A stretch of 6,167 bases of DNA. It comes from a virus. Shown here one piece after another: positions 1 through 5,046 of the stretch (the first letter of the stretch is position 1; every line of letters starts with the position of its first letter). The notes below the pieces were generated by a model. It made no database searches. It was given only the letters and a program-made list of their open reading frames with translations, and was not told where the DNA came from. Where the stretch lies: positions 1-6,167 of the IMG/VR virus record IMGVR_UViG_3300020030_000089; one strand, 5' to 3'. The translations under genes were made by a program, and so were the position numbers.

Positions 1-118
1 TTAACTCAACTCCCCCCATGTCGTATATCCGTACCTTACTCCCCCGATTCTCAAGTGCTCGCTATGACGATGCTGTTGCGATTGCTAGAATTATTCGAGC
101 TGTTGCAAGCGCGCCAAA
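1..118. repeat. Terminal redundancy copy 1 (identical to 6050-6167), a circular-assembly overlap
   Basis: Base-by-base comparison: ttaactcaactccccccatgtcgtatatcc...gttgcaagcgcgccaaa occurs at both ends of the window with a constant offset of 6049. Confidence 0.95.
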
Positions 119-821
119 AAGGATGGCAAGATTCGGTATTATAAATTATGATTCCGATTCTATCGTTTCTATTGTTCGTGCTTATTATCAGTATCTTACA
201 TTGAATCATCACCTAACCAATGAAGACGAAATTATATTACATAATGCTCGGTGCCTTACTAGGCTCTGTAACAGTTCTTCTGATGTCGATATTGAATCTT
301 ATCTTAATAAGTTGTATCGACTATTCCTTTATGTCAGTAAGTTCCTTAGGAATTGGCATCTGCCTCCCATCGGTGGTAATCTTGATTCTTATGCCAATCG
401 TATTATGTTTATCCTCAAAACCGGAATAGAATATGAAAAGAAAGCGGACTATGTACGAATGTGTGATTCGTTGCGAATACAACAGACTTTGCCAGCCCCT
501 ATGCTTCGGTATTTCTATGTACCAGCCGAAGGATGCGAAATGGCGACCATTGGTATCGGAGAAGACGGAGAATATGCAGACGGATTTATTCGTCCCGTTA
601 AAGAACAGATACACGTTCCGTTTGATGACCCCAGAATCCCACCTCTCGCGACTTGTAATTACATTAAATCCGCGAAGCCCGATACAAGAAGTGCCTATGA
701 TAGTGGGCAAAGTAGCAACTTACAAAAATGTCTTGATTTCCGTGCTTCTACCTTCTGTCGCGATATGATTAAGCATAAGAAACTTAATGACGCGAATGAT
801 ATATTTAACCAGATGGTTTAA
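1..821 (+). CDS. VP4: Replication initiation protein VP4 (HUH endonuclease), C-terminal part. It continues the ORF that starts at 5047. The first full codon starts at nt 3 and the stop TAA is at 819-821.
   Basis: ORF 18..821 is in the same frame as the open ORF 5047..6167 once the 6049-nt circle is closed (18+6049=6067, and 6067-5047=1020=340 codons). There is no stop between nt 3 and nt 18 (aac tca act ccc ccc atg). The joined protein is 607 aa. Confidence 0.85.
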   Translation, partial: NSTPPMSYIRTLLPRFSSARYDDAVAIARIIRAVASAPKRMARFGIINYDSDSIVSIVRAYYQYLTLNHHLTNEDEIILHNARCLTRLCNSSSDVDIESYLNKLYRLFLYVSKFLRNWHLPPIGGNLDSYANRIMFILKTGIEYEKKADYVRMCDSLRIQQTLPAPMLRYFYVPAEGCEMATIGIGEDGEYADGFIRPVKEQIHVPFDDPRIPPLATCNYIKSAKPDTRSAYDSGQSSNLQKCLDFRASTFCRDMIKHKKLNDANDIFNQMV

Positions 822-842
822 TCTTTTAATTATTAACTATTT

Positions 843-2582
843 ATGAGTGATTTTAATCCGCTAGACCGAGCGAAAATTGCCGTTCATCGCTCTTCCTTTG
901 ATTTATCTAGCAAAAAGTTGTTTACGGCAAAAGTTGGTGAAATTCTACCTGTTTATTGGCAGATTGCTATTCCTGGTAATAAGTATCGTATTAAATCAGA
1001 TTGGTTTACTCGTACTGTTCCGGTAAATACTGCTGCGTATACGCGTATTAAGGAATACTATGATTTTTACGCTGTGCCGTTACGCTTGATTTCTCGTGCT
1101 TTACCTCAAGCGTTTACTCAGATGTCTGATTATATGACTTCTGCCGCTTCGATGTCCGAGAATTCAGAACAATTAACTTCCGTTCCGTATACCACTACTT
1201 CTGAGATTAGTAACTTTATCTCAAACGCTTCTGTTCTTTTGGATGATGCTAATATCCCTTATCGTTACGGTGCTTGTAAGTTGTTGGATTACCTGAACTA
1301 TGGTTCTATCCTTGACCCAAATTCTTTGTCTAAGGCTATTGTAACTGCTGCATATACAGGTATTTCTGATTTGGATGATAATTTGAATCCTCTTCTTTAT
1401 AAGAGGTCTGTTGCGGTTAACCTGCTTCCCCTATTGTCTTATCAGAAGATCTATTTTGATTTCTTTAGCAACTCCCAGTGGGAAAAACATCAGGCATTTG
1501 CTTATAATGTAGATTATTGGGACGGTACTTCCGCATTCACCAAACAGACCATGTCCTATACTTGGATGCAATTACGCTACTGTAACTATCCTAAGGATAT
1601 GTTTATGGGAGTTCTTCCGGCGTCACAGTATGGTTCGGTTGCTGTTTTACCTGGTGTATTGTCTCCTACTGATAATCCGTCCCGTGTTTATGCTTATACT
1701 TCTGGTACTGGCTCTGTTGGTTCTATTATGAATTCTGCCTCTTCTAATAGTGTTACTACTAATAATACCTCTACCGCTACTCGCTATGCTACTCTTAATT
1801 CTGACCTTTCCGCCCTCGCAATCCGTGCAACAGAATACCTACAACGTTGGAAAGAGGTAGTTCAATTCTCCAGTAAGGACTATTCTGACCAAATGGCTGC
1901 TCAATTTGGTATTAAAGCTCCTGAATACATGGGTAATCATGCTCATTATATTGGTGGCTGGTCTTCTGTAATTAATATTAATGAAGTAGTTAATACTAAC
2001 CTTGATACCGATACTTCTCAGGCTAGTATTGCTGGTAAAGGCGTTAGCTCTAATAGTGGTCATGAAATTACTTATGATTGTGGTGCTGAACACTGTGTAA
2101 TCATGTGTGTTTACCATGCTGTTCCTATGTTGGATTGGGCTTCTACCGGACAACATCCTCAGTTATTGGTTACTTCTATTTCTGATTTTCCTCAGCCTGC
2201 TTTTGACCAGCTTGGTATGCAACCTGTTCCCCAAGTATCTATGGTTAACTCTAAGAATATGTCCGGCGATGGTACTGGAAATATTGGCTATAATCTTCGT
2301 TATTGGCAGTGGAAATCTGATATTGACCGTGTCAATGGAGCTCTCCGTCCTCAATTAGCTTATCAGGCATGGGCTGCGCCTTTAGGAGGTGAAAACCTTT
2401 TGACTCGTACTGGTCTTTGGAATTATAAATCTATGAAAGTATTCCCGTTCCAGATGAACTCTATTTTCTTACCCCAGGTTACTACGGCTAGTTATTCACT
2501 TGCTGTAGACCAGCTAATCTGTAATGTTAATTTTCAAGTTTATGCTGTTCAGAATTTGGACAGAAATGGTTTACCTTATTAA
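843..2582 (+). CDS. VP1: Major capsid protein VP1 (phiX174 F / Phage_F family), 579 aa
   Basis: The N-terminus SSFDLSSKKLFTAKVGEILPVYWQIAIPGNKY...IKEYYDFYAVPLRLI parallels phiX174 F (PHDLSH...IGRL...PVIAGD...VDIFTFYVPHRHVY) and gokushovirus/alpavirus VP1. It is the longest ORF and has a strong T-ending codon bias. An internal S/T/N-rich segment sits where VP1 insertion loops occur. Length fits non-phiX microviruses. Confidence 0.92.
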   Translation: MSDFNPLDRAKIAVHRSSFDLSSKKLFTAKVGEILPVYWQIAIPGNKYRIKSDWFTRTVPVNTAAYTRIKEYYDFYAVPLRLISRALPQAFTQMSDYMTSAASMSENSEQLTSVPYTTTSEISNFISNASVLLDDANIPYRYGACKLLDYLNYGSILDPNSLSKAIVTAAYTGISDLDDNLNPLLYKRSVAVNLLPLLSYQKIYFDFFSNSQWEKHQAFAYNVDYWDGTSAFTKQTMSYTWMQLRYCNYPKDMFMGVLPASQYGSVAVLPGVLSPTDNPSRVYAYTSGTGSVGSIMNSASSNSVTTNNTSTATRYATLNSDLSALAIRATEYLQRWKEVVQFSSKDYSDQMAAQFGIKAPEYMGNHAHYIGGWSSVININEVVNTNLDTDTSQASIAGKGVSSNSGHEITYDCGAEHCVIMCVYHAVPMLDWASTGQHPQLLVTSISDFPQPAFDQLGMQPVPQVSMVNSKNMSGDGTGNIGYNLRYWQWKSDIDRVNGALRPQLAYQAWAAPLGGENLLTRTGLWNYKSMKVFPFQMNSIFLPQVTTASYSLAVDQLICNVNFQVYAVQNLDRNGLPY

Positions 2583-2593
2583 TTTGTATTGTT

Positions 2594-3046
2594 ATGAGAA
2601 GATTTGATTATATTCCCCCTACTCCTGAAATTGGAGATAAGTTTGGCCCTATTGATGATGTTGAGGGACATCCCGCTTATCAACCTGGTGTATTTGATAC
2701 TGTTCAGACAGATGAATTACCAGATGGTTCATTAATCTTTAATGATATGACTGCCATCCTCCTTAATCAAGAAAAGTATCGTCGTCTCCTTGGTGATATG
2801 AATGTTGCTAATATCTTGGCTCAGATGCATCCGACACAGACTACTGCTATGGATGGTATGACAGATGAACAGCGTTTTGATTGTATTATCTCTCGCCATT
2901 GTCAAACTATGTCTGAGCGCCAGGCTGTATTGCAACAGTTGGCTTCTGAAAAGTCTGAACTTACGGCTTATGCCGAGGCTATGTTGGCAGAGCGAACAGT
3001 AGAGCCCGCTTCTGAAGCGTCCGCCCCTGCTGGTAGTGCTCAATGA
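2594..3046 (+). CDS. Hypothetical protein, putative internal scaffolding protein (VP3-like), 150 aa
   Basis: Sits between VP1 and VP2. Size is about 150 aa, it is acidic, and the codon bias matches neighbouring genes. Its stop overlaps the VP2 start (caATGA). I recognise no catalytic motif. The assignment rests on position, size and character only. Confidence 0.5.
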   Translation: MRRFDYIPPTPEIGDKFGPIDDVEGHPAYQPGVFDTVQTDELPDGSLIFNDMTAILLNQEKYRRLLGDMNVANILAQMHPTQTTAMDGMTDEQRFDCIISRHCQTMSERQAVLQQLASEKSELTAYAEAMLAERTVEPASEASAPAGSAQ

Positions 3047-4158
3047 AATTCTATGACATCGGAGAAAGCCCCTTAATGGGGTACTCCCAAAAACATATCG
3101 CTCCGCTTGTTCTTGGTGGCATTATTGCTGCTGGTGCTTCTCTTGCTGGTAACGCTATTGGTGCTGCCTCTCAGGACAAGACAAATCTGACTTCTATCGA
3201 TATTAATCGTCAGAATAATGAGTTTAATGCTGCTGAAGCCGAAAAACAGCGTCAATGGCAGGAAGAGATGTGGACCAGGAATAATGAGTATAATAGTCCG
3301 ACTGCTATGATTTCTCGTGGTCTTAATCCTTATATTGGTTCTTCTGTTGGTGCTGGTGTTTCTAAGTCTCCTGCCTCTGGAGGTTCTGCTGCTCAATCTG
3401 TCGGTATGCCATCTTTGCAAGCGTTTCGCCCTGATTTTTCTGATGTTGGTTCTGCTCTTGCTTCTATGGCTCAGGCTCGTGCTGCTATGATGAATGCTGA
3501 GGTAAACGCTGAACTTACTCCTTATAAGATTCAACAAATTCGTGGTGCTACTGATTATCGTAATATTGGTATTGGTGAATCTGGTTATTGGACTCCCTCT
3601 ACCGGCAAACGTTCTGCTCTTCTTGATCAGTCTAAGGAATATCAAGAATTAAAGAATATGGAATTTGCTGCTCGCCTTACCTCTGCTCAAGAGGCCCAGA
3701 TTCTTTTAGATTCTCAGGCTCAGCAGACGTTGAATAAGTATCTTGATGAACAGCAACAGGCTGATCTGTTTATTAAAGGTCAGACCCTTGCTAATCTATA
3801 TGCACAAGGTGCTCTTTCTGAGGCTCAGTATAAAAATCAGATGGCTCAGGCTGTAAAGACTGCTGTTGAAACGAATGGTATTCGTATTAATAATAGGATT
3901 GCTGCTGAAACCGCTGATTCTCTAATTTACGCTAATATCCAATCTAATCGTGCTCGTGGTCTTTCTGACCTTTGGACTTCTAAGAATATAAACGTTCTTA
4001 AGAATGTTGAGTATAGCAAGGAAAAGTCTGTACGCGATTACTATAAATGGTCTGCAAAACAGAAGTCTAAGGATGTTAATTCTTACGAGCTTCGTAATGC
4101 CCTTGAGTATGGTACTCGTATATTCCAAGGTATAGGTAATTCTATTGGTCGTAAATAG
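3043..4158 (+). CDS. VP2: Minor capsid / DNA pilot protein VP2 (phiX174 H analogue), 371 aa
   Basis: Has a Gly/Ala-rich hydrophobic N-terminal segment (IAPLVLGGIIAAGASLAGNAIGAA). This is followed by the motif typical of microvirus VP2, NNEFNAAEAEKQRQWQEEMWTRNNEYNSPTAMISRGLNPY. It then has a long Q/A-rich helical region (AQEAQILLDSQAQQTLNKYLDEQQQADL...). ATGA overlap with the upstream gene. An alternative start is ATG at 3076. Confidence 0.85.
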   Translation: MKFYDIGESPLMGYSQKHIAPLVLGGIIAAGASLAGNAIGAASQDKTNLTSIDINRQNNEFNAAEAEKQRQWQEEMWTRNNEYNSPTAMISRGLNPYIGSSVGAGVSKSPASGGSAAQSVGMPSLQAFRPDFSDVGSALASMAQARAAMMNAEVNAELTPYKIQQIRGATDYRNIGIGESGYWTPSTGKRSALLDQSKEYQELKNMEFAARLTSAQEAQILLDSQAQQTLNKYLDEQQQADLFIKGQTLANLYAQGALSEAQYKNQMAQAVKTAVETNGIRINNRIAAETADSLIYANIQSNRARGLSDLWTSKNINVLKNVEYSKEKSVRDYYKWSAKQKSKDVNSYELRNALEYGTRIFQGIGNSIGRK

Positions 4159-4197
4159 TTTTATTCATCTTCTGTGTTTATTAGTTTATTCATGATT

Positions 4198-4240
4198 GGC
4201 TTGCTCGTGATGAGTAGGCCTTTTTTGTTGTTCTTTTTTT
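4198..4240 (+). terminator. Rho-independent terminator candidate downstream of VP2
   Basis: Stem ggcttgctc (4198-4206), loop gtgat (4207-4211), stem gagtaggcc (4212-4220). That is 9 pairs including two G-U. It is immediately followed by ttttttgttgttcttttttt (4221-4240) and lies 40 nt after the VP2 stop. Confidence 0.6.
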
Positions 4241-4283
4241 CCGAAAGTACGTTTTCTTCAGGTTTGAATCAAGCGAAGCCCCT

Positions 4284-4351
4284 AGTTGCGTCCGAAGGAA
4301 AATTGAGTTATCCTCTCAATTTCGTCTCTTCTTGTCCATAAACGCGCAACT
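4284..4351. promoter_or_regulatory. Nested inverted repeats (structured DNA/RNA element) in the only long intergenic region. Candidate origin or complementary-strand priming structure.
   Basis: Outer 7-bp inverted repeat agttgcg (4284-4290) / cgcaact (4345-4351). It encloses a perfect 8-bp hairpin aaattgag (4300-4307) / ctcaattt (4315-4322) with the 7-nt loop ttatcct. The local sequence is visibly more G/C-rich than the rest of the genome. Confidence 0.4.
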
Positions 4352-4427
4352 CACACCCAACTGTAGAATCTGAATCTCCAAAAAAAAATCTCCAAGTTAT
4401 TTGCTTTTTTGAAAGATATTTCTTTCT

Positions 4428-4461
4428 TTTGCCCCCTGTAAAAACCAATTCATTAGTTTAT
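4428..4461 (+). promoter_or_regulatory. Possible Bacteroidota-type promoter (-33 TTTG, -7 TAnnTTTG-like) ahead of the small-gene/rep block
   Basis: tttg at 4428-4431 and tagtttat at 4454-4461 (TAnnTTTG with the last G replaced by T), separated by 22 nt. The ATG of the next gene is 22 nt downstream. The match is imperfect and the context is AT-rich. Confidence 0.25.
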
Positions 4462-4483
4462 TAACATTTAAAATTTTACAATT

Positions 4484-4678
4484 ATGCAGAAATTTATTAT
4501 TTCCCTTAAAGAAAAACAGACTGGTCGCGATATTTTACCGCCTTATATTGTCAATTCTCTGGATGGTCTTGGAAATTATTCTGAGCGAGTTTCTCCGTTG
4601 GGTCTTATTGTTATTGTGGATTCAATTAAAGAAGAAAATGATTTTGTCGAACTTAAAACTCAAGCTGATGAAAAATAA
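4484..4678 (+). CDS. Hypothetical small acidic protein, 64 aa
   Basis: Complete ORF directly after the intergenic region. Most of its codons end in T, like the confirmed genes. Its end overlaps the start of the next small gene by 11 nt. No recognisable motif. Confidence 0.6.
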   Translation: MQKFIISLKEKQTGRDILPPYIVNSLDGLGNYSERVSPLGLIVIVDSIKEENDFVELKTQADEK

Positions 4679-4751
4679 TAATATTTGGAAAATCGTAATT
4701 GGAGCTATTTCTGCTGCTCTTGGTTATATTCTTAATGCTATCGGGTTATGA
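4668..4751 (+). CDS. Small single-pass membrane peptide, 27 aa (MKNNNIWKIVIGAISAALGYILNAIGL). Candidate holin-like or membrane-targeting partner of the M15 peptidase.
   Basis: ATG at 4668 lies inside gctgATGaaaaat. A polar MKNNN head is followed by an uninterrupted stretch of about 20 hydrophobic residues. Codons are T-ending (aat aat aat att...gct att tct gct gct ctt ggt tat att ctt aat gct). Its stop overlaps the peptidase start (ttATGA at 4748-4751). The longer track ORF 4548..4751 shares this frame, but its upstream part overlaps the better-supported frame of 4484..4678. Confidence 0.5.
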   Translation: MKNNNIWKIVIGAISAALGYILNAIGL

Positions 4752-5044
4752 ATTCTGATCTTATGCATTTTCTTGATAGTTTGCTTTTTTTTAACTATCA
4801 TTTTACAATAACGAGTGCTTATCGCACTCCAGAACAGAATAAAGCTGCTGGAGGTGTTCCCACCTCTCAGCACTTAAAAGGCGAAGCTATTGACTTCAAG
4901 CCTTATGGTTCTACGACTTATAATCAGTTGTTACTATACATTATGGATAATGTTGAATATGATCAGTTCATTATTTATGATGGATTCATGCATATATCCT
5001 TTAGCTCAAGGAATCGTCATCAATTAATCGATAAAAGAAGGTAA
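4748..5044 (+). CDS. Zinc D-Ala-D-Ala carboxypeptidase-like peptidase M15 (Peptidase_M15_3/M15A-like), 98 aa. Putative endolysin.
   Basis: The signature ITSAYRTPEQNKAAGGVPTSQHLKGEAIDF matches the family pattern SxYR[ST]PxxNxxxGGxxxSxHxxGxAxD. The downstream GFMHISF supplies the third metal ligand. The predicted triad is H42 (nt 4871-4873), D49 and H82. There is no signal peptide and no wall-binding domain. Confidence 0.8.
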   Translation: MNSDLMHFLDSLLFFNYHFTITSAYRTPEQNKAAGGVPTSQHLKGEAIDFKPYGSTTYNQLLLYIMDNVEYDQFIIYDGFMHISFSSRNRHQLIDKRR

Positions 5045-5046
5045 TT

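Noticed and set aside
220-429. 69-aa hydrophobic ORF in an alternative + frame inside the rep C-terminal half.
   Set aside because: Same frame-shift composition artefact as above. There is no supporting signal.
433-768. 111-aa ORF with a basic N-terminus (MKRKRT...) overprinted on rep. It could in principle be a J-like DNA-binding protein.
   Set aside because: Only the first few residues are basic and the remainder looks like random out-of-frame translation. Its codon third positions do not show the T bias of the real genes. It cannot be supported without comparative data.
2107-2358. 83-aa very hydrophobic ORF in an alternative + frame inside VP1. It is reminiscent of the overprinted lysis gene E of phiX174.
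   Set aside because: T-ending codons in the real frame become T-rich Leu/Phe/Ile codons in a shifted frame, so such hydrophobic ORFs arise as an artefact. There is no independent start context or coupling signal, and a dedicated lysis module already exists at 4668-5044. It would only be worth revisiting if it is conserved as an open frame in relatives.
4258-4280. ggtttgaatc, which resembles a tRNA T-loop (GGTTCGAATCC).
   Set aside because: The flanking bases cannot form the 5-bp T-stem on either strand, and no acceptor or anticodon arms can be drawn. It is not a tRNA.
4192-4341. 49-aa ORF (MIGLLVMSRPFLLFFFSE...) inside the intergenic region.
   Set aside because: It runs straight through the terminator hairpin/T-run and the nested inverted repeats. 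The hydrophobic N-terminus comes from translating the T-tract, and the codon bias is weaker than in the real genes. It is more likely non-coding.
4548-4751. 67-aa version of the small membrane ORF, as listed in the ORF track.
   Set aside because: Its first 40 codons overlap ORF 4484..4678, whose frame carries the genome-typical T-ending codon bias. The in-frame internal start at 4668 gives a clean 27-aa TM peptide and only an 11-nt overlap, so the shorter model is preferred.
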